From Candidatus Pacearchaeota archaeon (GTDB lineage Archaea; Nanobdellota; Nanobdellia; Pacearchaeales; JAPDKA01), in NCBI GenBank assembly GCA_038890875.1, contig JAWAFA010000001.1:419910-483909 (forward strand): a DNA stretch of 64,000 nt, in the 5' to 3' direction. Shown here piece after piece: positions 56,356-64,000 of this stretch. Position 1 is the first letter of the stretch, and every line of letters starts with the position of its first letter. Under the pieces are notes generated by a model that saw only the letters and a list, made by a program, of their open reading frames with translations, ran no database searches and had not been told where the DNA came from. The position numbers and the translations under genes were made by a program.

Positions 56356-57087
56356 ATGAAAAATTTCGATTTTTTAGAACATGCAACTAAAAGATTAAAG
56401 ATAGTTAGAAATTTTTATAAACCGCACTATAAGTGCAAAATGCTTCTTAGTAAGGTGATTGATGACTTAAAAGAGAATCAAATCCTTCTTTTTGATATTT
56501 TGAATGCTAAAACAGAGAATTTAATGGATATTATAAAAAATGATAAAAAATTATACGAGCACAGTAAAAATGTTGCTGAGTTATCCTATAAAATAGCAAA
56601 AAAAATGAATTTTAACGAAGAGGACTGTGATCAGATTTATATTGGTGCATTTATTCATGACATAGGTAAGTTATTCAGTAATAATTATAATAATAAAAAA
56701 ATAATCAATGGTTGTGAAAAAGCTGAGCATGCCATACTTGGAGATATATTAATGTATCTTAGAAATGCGAATAAAAAATATAAAAAAAATAATAAAAATA
56801 ATATTGTAGAAAAGATAGTTTCTTTGCATCATCAAAGAGAAAATATCTGCAGCGAGCTTTGTTATCCTTTTAACTTACCCTTTAACTCAAAAACTATGAC
56901 TTTTCAAATTGTTCAGCCAGCTGATACATTTGATGCTATGTACAGAAGGGGTATATATCAAAAAAATTTTAACATTAGTGAAATAATCAATCATTTTAAG
57001 AAAGGTATCAAAGAAGGTTTGTATGCTAAAGAGCCAGTTATTGAATTAATTGCTATTATTAATGAACAAGTAAGTTATAAAGATTAA
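56356..57087 (+). CDS. HD-domain phosphohydrolase, degenerate HD-GYP-like.
   Basis: H...HD in AFIHDIGK. Later LHHQRENICSELCYP in the position of the HHExxDGxGYP motif. Confidence 0.55.
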   Translation: MKNFDFLEHATKRLKIVRNFYKPHYKCKMLLSKVIDDLKENQILLFDILNAKTENLMDIIKNDKKLYEHSKNVAELSYKIAKKMNFNEEDCDQIYIGAFIHDIGKLFSNNYNNKKIINGCEKAEHAILGDILMYLRNANKKYKKNNKNNIVEKIVSLHHQRENICSELCYPFNLPFNSKTMTFQIVQPADTFDAMYRRGIYQKNFNISEIINHFKKGIKEGLYAKEPVIELIAIINEQVSYKD

Positions 57088-57102
57088 CTTTTTACTTTCT
57101 TA

Positions 57103-57504
57103 TTATTGTTTCTTTTCGTACTTTTCGTAATTTTTTATTGCATTCATTAAAGCGTCTCTTCCAAGAATCGAACAATGAAATTTTTGTTTTGGTAAGTCGC
57201 CAAGTTGTTTAACAATCTCACTTTCTGAAATCTTTTTTGCTTCCTCAAGTGTTTTACCTTTTACCATCTCTGTAAGTATAGAACTAACAGCGATTGCTGC
57301 TGCACACCCTAATGTTTCAAATTTTATATCTTTAATATATTCTACTATTTTTCCTTTTATTTTTTTCTTACCAATCTTTAAATATAACTCCATAACATCT
57401 CCACATATAGGGTTTCCAGCTTTACCAACTGCATCAGGATTTTTTATCTTTCCCAAATTTCTTGGCTTCAAGAAATGTTCCATAACCTTCTTACTGTAAA
57501 GCAT
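57103..57504 (-). CDS. iscU: Fe-S cluster assembly scaffold IscU/NifU-like.
   Basis: GNPICGDVMELYLKI, LGCAAAIAVSS, FHCSILG (three conserved Cys). Confidence 0.85.
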   Translation of the reverse strand: MLYSKKVMEHFLKPRNLGKIKNPDAVGKAGNPICGDVMELYLKIGKKKIKGKIVEYIKDIKFETLGCAAAIAVSSILTEMVKGKTLEEAKKISESEIVKQLGDLPKQKFHCSILGRDALMNAIKNYEKYEKKQ

Positions 57505-57532
57505 TTTATTTTTTATTTATTTAAATTTTTAT

Positions 57533-58696
57533 TTATTTAAACGGGCTTATTTTTTTTAATTTTTTTATTGCCTCAGGTAACACCTCTAGAAAATAGTCTG
57601 TGTCTCTCTTTGTTGTGTACCTACCGAGCGTTACACGTAGGCTTCCATGGGCTTCTTGTGGCTTTAGACCAAGTGCAAGTAGCACGTGGCTTGGCTCAAG
57701 TGTTTTTTCACTGCAAGCACTCCCTGTACTTGTGGCTATTCCTTTTTCATTTAACATCAGCACAAGAGCCTCCCCTTCTATACCATAAAAACTAAAATTT
57801 GCATTGTTAAATATCCTCTTCTCGCGCGAGCCATTAAGTCTTACTTTTATAAAATCATAATCAAGAACTTCATCGATTATTTTATCACGAAGCTTAGCTT
57901 GCCTTTCTCCTTCTTTATCGAGGTTTTTTAAACATAACTCAATTGCTTTTGCAATTCCAACAATCCCCGGCACATTTTCAGTAGAACTTCTTAAGCCATT
58001 TTCCTGGCCTCCACCATGCAAAAGCGGCATTAGCCTAATATCAGCTCTCTTATATAAAAGAGCAGTTCCTTTTGGGCCATAAATTTTATGCCCACTTGCA
58101 CTTAGCATCCCTATGTTTAATTCTTTAACATCAAAATGCATTTTTCCAATCGCTTGAACCGCATCAGTATGGAAACAAATTCCTTTTGCATTGCAAATTT
58201 TTGCTATCTCGTCTATTGGCTGGATAGTGCCTATTTCATTATTCACAGTCATAACACTGATAAGGATAGTATCTTTTCTAATCTTTTGTTCAAGCTCATC
58301 AAGCTTAACTATCCCTTCACTATCAACATTAACAAACTCGACTTCAAAGCCCTGTTCCTTTAACCATTTAGCTGGATTTATAACTGCTTTATGCTCAATT
58401 GTGCTTATTAAAATATGCTTTCCTTTTTGCTTATTGGCTAGGGCAAAACCCTTAATTGCTAGATTATTTGCCTCTGTTCCCGAGCTTGTAAAAATTATCT
58501 CGTGAGAATTTGCATTTATCAAACGGGCAATCTTTTCTCTCGCATCATCTATGGCTTGCTTTGCTTCTTGGCCAAAGCTATGAAGTGAGCCTGGATTGCC
58601 AAACTTCTTGCTAAACCAAGGTTGCATAGCTTTTAATACTTCTTGGTCAAGCGGTGTTGTTGCAGCATAATCAAGATAAACACGCTTCATTATCAA
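57533..58696 (-). CDS. iscS: Cysteine desulfurase IscS/NifS.
   Basis: YLDYAATTP, PLP lysine in SASGHKIYGPKGTALLY, active-site loop SSGSACSS-like STGSACSEKTLEPSH. Confidence 0.9.
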   Translation of the reverse strand: MIMKRVYLDYAATTPLDQEVLKAMQPWFSKKFGNPGSLHSFGQEAKQAIDDAREKIARLINANSHEIIFTSSGTEANNLAIKGFALANKQKGKHILISTIEHKAVINPAKWLKEQGFEVEFVNVDSEGIVKLDELEQKIRKDTILISVMTVNNEIGTIQPIDEIAKICNAKGICFHTDAVQAIGKMHFDVKELNIGMLSASGHKIYGPKGTALLYKRADIRLMPLLHGGGQENGLRSSTENVPGIVGIAKAIELCLKNLDKEGERQAKLRDKIIDEVLDYDFIKVRLNGSREKRIFNNANFSFYGIEGEALVLMLNEKGIATSTGSACSEKTLEPSHVLLALGLKPQEAHGSLRVTLGRYTTKRDTDYFLEVLPEAIKKLKKISPFK

Positions 58697-59030
58697 TACA
58701 AAATTTATTTATTTCTTTATTATACTTTTTACATACCTTACAAGTTATCCCTAGTTTTTTTGCCAAATCTAAAAGCAAATTAATCTCTTTCAAGAGTAAT
58801 TTTTTATTTTTAATTAATCTATTTGCAGATTTTTCAAACTCTTTTTTCATTTTATTAAATTTAACCTCTTGCCCTCGTTTTCTATGCAAATATTGGCTTA
58901 CTGCTGAAGGTGTTGTTGCCAGGATATTTGCTATCTCAGTAATCTTTGTTTTATCTTTTAATGCTTTTGCCAGATTACATTTTATGGCCGGTATGACGTA
59001 CCATGTTTCTATCTCTTGAGGGTGTATCAT
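58671..59030 (-). CDS. HTH (sigma-70 region-4-like / DUF134-like) transcriptional regulator with a C-terminal Cys4 cluster. Candidate regulator of iscSU.
   Basis: ITEIANILATTPSAVSQYLHRKR helix-turn-helix. C-terminal CKVCKKYNKEINKFCIDNEAC. Overlaps the iscS start by 26 nt on the same strand. Confidence 0.45.
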   Translation of the reverse strand: MIHPQEIETWYVIPAIKCNLAKALKDKTKITEIANILATTPSAVSQYLHRKRGQEVKFNKMKKEFEKSANRLIKNKKLLLKEINLLLDLAKKLGITCKVCKKYNKEINKFCIDNEACLS

Positions 59031-59098
59031 TTTAACAATTGTGAAAATCTATTTAAAAATCTTACTATCCAATCTTACTATCAAAAATACTAATTGCT

Positions 59099-59554
59099 TT
59101 ACTTCTTGCTTTGCAAAAACAAAATTCTTATTTTACCAGAATAGTTTCCATAACTCGCATTTGCTGGAACAATTGCAATTAGAGTTATAGTTTTGTTTTC
59201 CTTTGGCAATATCACTCTAGAGCTATCTTTAGCATAGACAAAGTTTGATATGTTCCCTTCTACTTCAATATTAATCTTAAAACTTTTGTTTAAACTATTA
59301 TAAATAAAAATGTCCTTTGTAGAACTTCCATTTGGTGGCACTATCCCAAAATGCACATACTCTTGAGATAAGTCAAAACCAACTTTATCGCCAACAATAA
59401 GATAAGCATCATATTCAAATATTTTGTAAACCTCTAACTTCTTTAATAAACCAATCAAACCAATAACTATTGCAATCAACAATAATAAAATTAAAATGAT
59501 TCGATATTTATCTTTTCTGTTACTTATAATAATTTTGCTTTTAGTTTGCTTCAT
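59099..59554 (-). CDS. N-terminally anchored beta-rich surface protein (last gene of the surface-protein locus).
   Basis: Basic N-terminus + TM (YRIILILLLLIAIVIGLIGLL), then a beta-sandwich-like glycosylatable domain. Confidence 0.4.
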   Translation of the reverse strand: MKQTKSKIIISNRKDKYRIILILLLLIAIVIGLIGLLKKLEVYKIFEYDAYLIVGDKVGFDLSQEYVHFGIVPPNGSSTKDIFIYNSLNKSFKINIEVEGNISNFVYAKDSSRVILPKENKTITLIAIVPANASYGNYSGKIRILFLQSKK

Positions 59555-59555
59555 T

Positions 59556-60737
59556 TTATTTTCTTTTAAATTTCTTTTCTTCTTTTTTTCTTCTATCTTT
59601 TTTTATTTTCTTAATAATTATGACTAAAAAAGTTATAAGTATGACTATTATTATAATTAAAATTATCAAAATAACTAGCATCATATTAATTCTCTGTTTG
59701 AATCTAACTTGGCCATACGCATTTGATGTTGAATTTTTATAATATAATGTTATATTCATTAAATAATCTCCGGGTTCAATTCCTTTTGTATCAAACCAGC
59801 TTTTTACTTTTTTTCTTTCCCATGCTCCAATTTCAAACATTGGCGTCTTGAAATCCATTACTTTTGTTTTTAGATCGCTTTCCCAAACTTCAACATTGCC
59901 ATAAACATTTTCGATTTTTTCATTCCACTTGCTTTGTAACTCTAATATCAAAGGTTCTATACTCTCTACTTTGAATTCTTTGTTAAAATCAAGGATTTCA
60001 ATTAAGATATTCCCTATCTTAAATTCTTTAACATCTTCGGCAGTTTTATTATCATAATTAACAATTACTTTTGCTCTATAAATTCCTTCGTGATTGCCAG
60101 AACTGTTCCAACTTTCTTCTAGAAATTTTTCCTCATTTGCATTAATTATTATTTGATCAATTTTTTTATGATAAATTTTATTGCCCCCTTCATAAATCTC
60201 TAATTCTAGCTCCGCTTTGGCAACAACTTTTCCCATATTTTTTATTTTTATATTAAATTGTGCTGTTTCATTTATAGCAATATCCTTAGCTTCTAGTTCA
60301 ACTTTAAGATATGCTCCTTCATAAGGAACAAAAATATCAATGGGAGTTTGCACTGCTGTAAAAGCAGCCATTACCCCAACATCACTTATTGGATACTCTC
60401 GCGCCCCTATTAAAATTCGGTGCATCCCTGGAGTAAGATTAGTTGTTAATGGTAAAGTAACATATGTTGTAAATTTTTTTGCTCCGTTTATATTAATAGG
60501 TTCACTTAATTTTACAGAATTGTTAAACTCTGGATCAAGATATTTAACATAAAGTTCAAGAGCTGTGCCTGATGGCTTCATTCCTATAACATAAAAATCA
60601 AAAGATTCTTTATAACCCGGTTCAAATTGTATGTAAATTTTAGCAGGAGTTATCCCTATCCCATAAGCAAAATCTGTAGAAATTATCAAAAAAATAAGAA
60701 AAAGAAAAAAAAACATAAAGAATATTTTATTCTTCAT
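59556..60737 (-). CDS. Double-anchored (N-terminal signal/TM + C-terminal TM) surface protein, paralogue B.
   Basis: N-terminal ISTDFAYGIGITPAKIYI. Internal GNILIEILD...SKWNEKIENVYG...ITLYYKNS shared with 61664..62899. C-terminal TM + KKIKKDRRKKEEKK. Confidence 0.5.
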   Translation of the reverse strand: MKNKIFFMFFFLFLIFLIISTDFAYGIGITPAKIYIQFEPGYKESFDFYVIGMKPSGTALELYVKYLDPEFNNSVKLSEPININGAKKFTTYVTLPLTTNLTPGMHRILIGAREYPISDVGVMAAFTAVQTPIDIFVPYEGAYLKVELEAKDIAINETAQFNIKIKNMGKVVAKAELELEIYEGGNKIYHKKIDQIIINANEEKFLEESWNSSGNHEGIYRAKVIVNYDNKTAEDVKEFKIGNILIEILDFNKEFKVESIEPLILELQSKWNEKIENVYGNVEVWESDLKTKVMDFKTPMFEIGAWERKKVKSWFDTKGIEPGDYLMNITLYYKNSTSNAYGQVRFKQRINMMLVILIILIIIIVILITFLVIIIKKIKKDRRKKEEKKFKRK

Positions 60738-60789
60738 CCTAAATGATTTCTATTTTTTTACCTTTATACAATCTTTACAATCTTTAGCT

Positions 60790-61392
60790 TTAAGCTGCGG
60801 TTGCAGTTGCAGTAAACGTATCTGATCTTGCTCCTGGTAGGGCATCTGAAGGTATTACAATTCTTACGTCGACATCTACGGCATCACTTGAATCAACAAA
60901 TTGTAATGGATTACATACAGTTGTTCCAGGGCTTGTTGCATTAACATCTGTATAAGTTGTAGGTGTTATACCAATACATGCATTGGGTTCATTTACCGTC
61001 ATCTTATATTGATATGAGGGATTTGTCCCACCAAGCAACACTGTGGCATTTTTACCTGTCGCAAGCTGAAGTGTTACATTTGTGTTTCCTATGTTCTCAA
61101 TTGTAAAACCATTATTCTGAGTAGTAAAACTTGTACAATCCGCTCCATTTGTGCCTTCTGTATCAAGAGTACACGAAGAGTAACCTTCAGTAACCCAACC
61201 GCTACCCCAATTTATTACGTCATCTGTGAAATTTATTGCTGTATACCCTGTTATTGTTACGCTTAATGTTCCTGTATCGGTAACTTTGCCTCCAATTTGC
61301 CTTGGTAGAAAAATTCCAACTAACCCTATCACTATAGCTACTGCAAGTAAGATCGCTAATATATTGTTTGAAATTTCTCCTTTTCTATTCAT
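60790..61392 (-). CDS. Type IV pilin-like protein with class III signal peptide.
   Basis: MNRKGEISNNILAILLAVAIVIGLVGIF (basic-KG then hydrophobic helix, prepilin-peptidase-type site). Thr/Asn-rich beta domain. C-terminal VIPSDALPGARSD motif. Confidence 0.5.
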   Translation of the reverse strand: MNRKGEISNNILAILLAVAIVIGLVGIFLPRQIGGKVTDTGTLSVTITGYTAINFTDDVINWGSGWVTEGYSSCTLDTEGTNGADCTSFTTQNNGFTIENIGNTNVTLQLATGKNATVLLGGTNPSYQYKMTVNEPNACIGITPTTYTDVNATSPGTTVCNPLQFVDSSDAVDVDVRIVIPSDALPGARSDTFTATATAA

Positions 61393-61420
61393 TTTTATTT
61401 TTTTATTTATATTTAGATTT

Positions 61421-61624
61421 TTATTTTGCTATAACAAATCTTACGCTAGCATGATCGTTGGTTGTTGTTGGTTTGCCTATGCCTAGCATAAGATTCCCAG
61501 TGCTTTCGCTTTCTTTTATTTCAAGAAACTTAACTTGTGGCTGAACTATGTTTACTACAAGAGAAGTTATTGCAAGCAAAAGCACGATTATAACCAAAAC
61601 TGTAAGCAAAGTTTTTGATGTCAT
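61421..61624 (-). CDS. Small N-terminally anchored protein (possible minor pilin-like subunit).
   Basis: 67 aa: TM helix TLLTVLVIIVLLLAITSLVV, then a short soluble tail. Confidence 0.3.
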   Translation of the reverse strand: MTSKTLLTVLVIIVLLLAITSLVVNIVQPQVKFLEIKESESTGNLMLGIGKPTTTNDHASVRFVIAK

Positions 61625-61663
61625 CTTTCCTCTTTTATTCTTTTATTTGTATTTAATTATTAT

Positions 61664-62899
61664 CTATTTAATTATTTTTAAATTTTTTCTTTTACTTAAA
61701 AAATAATAAAATAAAACAAAAACAAAAATTATAAAAGTTATAACAAATACCGTAACTAATCCTATAACTGCTTTTCTAAGTAAATCACTTTCTTTAGTTA
61801 TTACATTTATTTGACCTACTTTACTTCTGCTCTCATTTAAATAAAATAAAGTTATATTTATATCATAAACACCAATAGGAATTTTTGTTTCCCAGTAAGT
61901 GCTAATTAACTTTTTTTCATTAGGAGCAAAATCATACCATGAGCTTCGTAGTTCATCAATCTCTCCGCTTTTATTATATATCTCTATTTTAGCGTAAACA
62001 TTTTTTATTTTTTTATTCCATTCACTTTTCGCTTCAATATCAAATTTGTTTACTTCATCAAAAACAAAATATCTAGTATAATCAAGAATTTCTATCACCG
62101 CATTGCCAACAACAAAATCTTTACCAATTTCAATAACATAGTTATCATAATTTATAGTAGCCGTTGCCCTATAAGTTCCATTTTTAAAATTTTCCATATT
62201 CAAAGAATTAAAGAATTCTGTTGTTTGCTTCAAGTCTAAAGATTTTTTCTCTGTTTTAACCAATTCTAAAAGTTTTTCTTCATTATCATCGGTCTGATAA
62301 ATTTCATAAGTTACAAATATAGAATCTATTCTTTCTGTTCCTTTGTTTATAACATAAGTTACTAAATCAATAGTTTCATCTGATTTTACAACATTAAAAT
62401 TAACATCAATATATTTTCCAATGTAAGGAACAAAAATTTCTACTTTTGAAATAACCTTAAGTTTAGCATAAATATTCTTAGTATCAGTTTCTTGTCCTAA
62501 TCCTCCTAAATTTAAATTTTCTTCAATTATAATTTTTCCTTCATGCTTTCCTGGAATTGAAGCAAGGTCATTGATTTTTTTAAAATGCCATTTAAATGGT
62601 TTTATTTCTTCATAGCTTTTAACAATAACTGATTTATCATCAATCTCGATATATTCTGCAAGTTCACCGCTTGCATAAATTGATAAATTTAGGTCTTTAT
62701 GTTCATTGTTTATAATATAATAAGTAAATTCATTCTCTTTTTTCAAAATTTCAACGTCAATTGACTTTACTGCAGGGCTTATCCCTAAGGCAGTTACTTT
62801 ACTTAGTAAAAAAATGAATATAATAATGAATATAATAATTACAATTAAGCTTTTTACATTTTTTCTACTTTTTTCTTTTCTTTTACTTTTTTTTACCAT
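61664..62899 (-). CDS. Double-anchored surface protein, paralogue A of 59556..60737.
   Basis: N-terminal basic + TM ... ALGISPAVKSIDVEI. Shared GNAVIEILD...SEWNKKIKNVYA...ITLFYLNES motifs. C-terminal TM + KRKNLKIIK. Confidence 0.5.
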   Translation of the reverse strand: MVKKSKRKEKSRKNVKSLIVIIIFIIIFIFLLSKVTALGISPAVKSIDVEILKKENEFTYYIINNEHKDLNLSIYASGELAEYIEIDDKSVIVKSYEEIKPFKWHFKKINDLASIPGKHEGKIIIEENLNLGGLGQETDTKNIYAKLKVISKVEIFVPYIGKYIDVNFNVVKSDETIDLVTYVINKGTERIDSIFVTYEIYQTDDNEEKLLELVKTEKKSLDLKQTTEFFNSLNMENFKNGTYRATATINYDNYVIEIGKDFVVGNAVIEILDYTRYFVFDEVNKFDIEAKSEWNKKIKNVYAKIEIYNKSGEIDELRSSWYDFAPNEKKLISTYWETKIPIGVYDINITLFYLNESRSKVGQINVITKESDLLRKAVIGLVTVFVITFIIFVFVLFYYFLSKRKNLKIIK

Positions 62900-62911
62900 T
62901 TTCTCTTTGTC

Positions 62912-64000
62912 TTATTCACCTATTTCAGCAGTTATTGTTATAATTGAATCTCTTGAGCCAGGAGGTTCATCACTAGGCACAATAAGCTTTATTTCGATCT
63001 CTGCCGTATCACTTTCATTTTTATACTTTAGATCGGCAATATCAATATCTATATTAGTTGCTGACATATTTGTCCAATTCATCGTTGAAAAATTTTCATT
63101 AAAACTACCACTTTCATTGATACCTATTTTATATTGATAATAACTAGTTGGATTTGGTTGCATAAGCCAAAGATCACTCCCATTAATAATGATGTCTATA
63201 ATAACATTCCCATCATTTTGCACAATGATAGGCGGAGGAGTATTGTCTGTTGTATCATTTTCTTCATTTGGCAACATTGAACTAAAATTAATACTGTTTA
63301 TTGGTAAAGAAATTATTAAAGACGATAATATTGTAAAGTTTCTTGTGGCTGACCAGCCACTATATTTTTTACCATCATAAGCACGAACTTTCCAATATAG
63401 AGTGCCTATAGGTAAATCGTTTATTGGTTCATACGAAGTTAAATTACCCCAATTTTGACTATGATTTCCCGAACCTTCTGTAATATTGGTAACATTAATA
63501 ACAATTGTATTACTTATAAAATTTGAAGAATTCGCAACAAGAAGATCATAAGTTATTATATCTCCTTCAGCATCACTTGAGTTATACCATTCGAAATTTG
63601 GTATTCTACTATAAAGTTGCGCTCCAGCATCAGGCTTATAAAGTCGCGGTACTGTTGGGGGAGTTTGCATTACTAAATAAGGAGGGGATTGATAACCAGG
63701 GATAACATAATAACTGTTGTTGAATGTGTCATTCCATATGTAATCATTTCCAGTTCCTTGCGCAACAAAGGCACTTGCCTTAAAATAGCGACAATCACCT
63801 TGATTTAAACCAGCTATTGATTCAACCATAGAGCAATTAGTTATCCCTTGGGTTACACATCCTTGGCAATAAATTATTCGTAGGCCACCAGGGCCAAAAC
63901 AAATAGGATTGACTGTATCATCAACTAAAATTAAATCAATATCGACTGTGCCATTGACATAACTAATATAAGTTGCATCATTACTAACATTAGTACAGCT
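62912..64000 (-). CDS. Large secreted N-glycosylation-sequon-rich protein (N-terminus beyond the window edge), sharing the C-terminal VPSDEPPGSRDS motif with the pilin-like protein.
   Basis: Frame stays open upstream of the annotated Met all the way to position 64000. Numerous N-x-S/T sequons. C-terminus IEIKLIVPSDEPPGSRDSIITITAE. Confidence 0.45.
   Translation of the reverse strand, partial: SCTNVSNDATYISYVNGTVDIDLILVDDTVNPICFGPGGLRIIYCQGCVTQGITNCSMVESIAGLNQGDCRYFKASAFVAQGTGNDYIWNDTFNNSYYVIPGYQSPPYLVMQTPPTVPRLYKPDAGAQLYSRIPNFEWYNSSDAEGDIITYDLLVANSSNFISNTIVINVTNITEGSGNHSQNWGNLTSYEPINDLPIGTLYWKVRAYDGKKYSGWSATRNFTILSSLIISLPINSINFSSMLPNEENDTTDNTPPPIIVQNDGNVIIDIIINGSDLWLMQPNPTSYYQYKIGINESGSFNENFSTMNWTNMSATNIDIDIADLKYKNESDTAEIEIKLIVPSDEPPGSRDSIITITAEIGE

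Noticed and set aside
1-64000. Search for CRISPR arrays, integrases, transposases, IS elements or prophage genes.
   Set aside because: No direct-repeat/spacer architecture, no recombinase/transposase motifs and no tRNA-flanked integration signature were seen. The accessory regions look like native cell-surface gene clusters rather than mobile elements.

Overview
This is an AT-rich archaeal chromosomal window of 64 kb, most plausibly from a small-genome DPANN-type archaeon. The archaeal assignment rests on aIF5B, aIF2-gamma, EF-1alpha, Kae1, prefoldin alpha, ribosomal proteins S6e, L19e, L30, L35Ae and L10e, and an intron-containing tRNA; DNA gyrase A and B are also present. I call about 70 CDS and 3 tRNAs: tRNA-Pro(CGG), tRNA-Glu(UUC), and a tRNA-Ile carrying the rare UAU anticodon plus a 34-nt intron. 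Housekeeping blocks include aIF5B, S6e and aIF2-gamma; gyrB and gyrA; a fragmented ribosomal cluster (S12-S7, SecY-L15-L30-S5-L18-L19e, L35Ae-L10e-S10); EF-1alpha; aspartate kinase; MetRS; a KorAB-type 2-oxoacid:ferredoxin oxidoreductase; IscS-IscU; and a class II-like ribonucleotide reductase truncated at the window start. The accessory content is the interesting part. (1) A two-gene split RelA/SpoT-homologue module: a (p)ppGpp-hydrolase-like HD protein directly followed by an RSD nucleotidyltransferase (synthetase-like) protein. It is flanked by a tandem array of four paralogous small membrane proteins. (2) A 1923-aa membrane-anchored giant surface protein with a lamin-tail domain, three cadherin-like repeats, an NST-x-x pentapeptide repeat tract and a PKD domain. 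It is co-transcribed with a 620-aa secreted protein whose C-terminus is beta-barrel/OMP-like. (3) A 5-kb locus of secreted and membrane proteins that includes a class-III (type IV pilin-like) signal-peptide protein and two paralogous double-anchored proteins. (4) An AMMECR1 + radical SAM pair (AmmeMemoRadiSam-like) with an HtpX protease between them. Many genes show a TATA box about 23-27 nt upstream of the start codon, consistent with leaderless mRNAs. An identical 19-nt BRE/TATA element precedes gyrB and tuf. I saw no CRISPR array, integrase or transposase.
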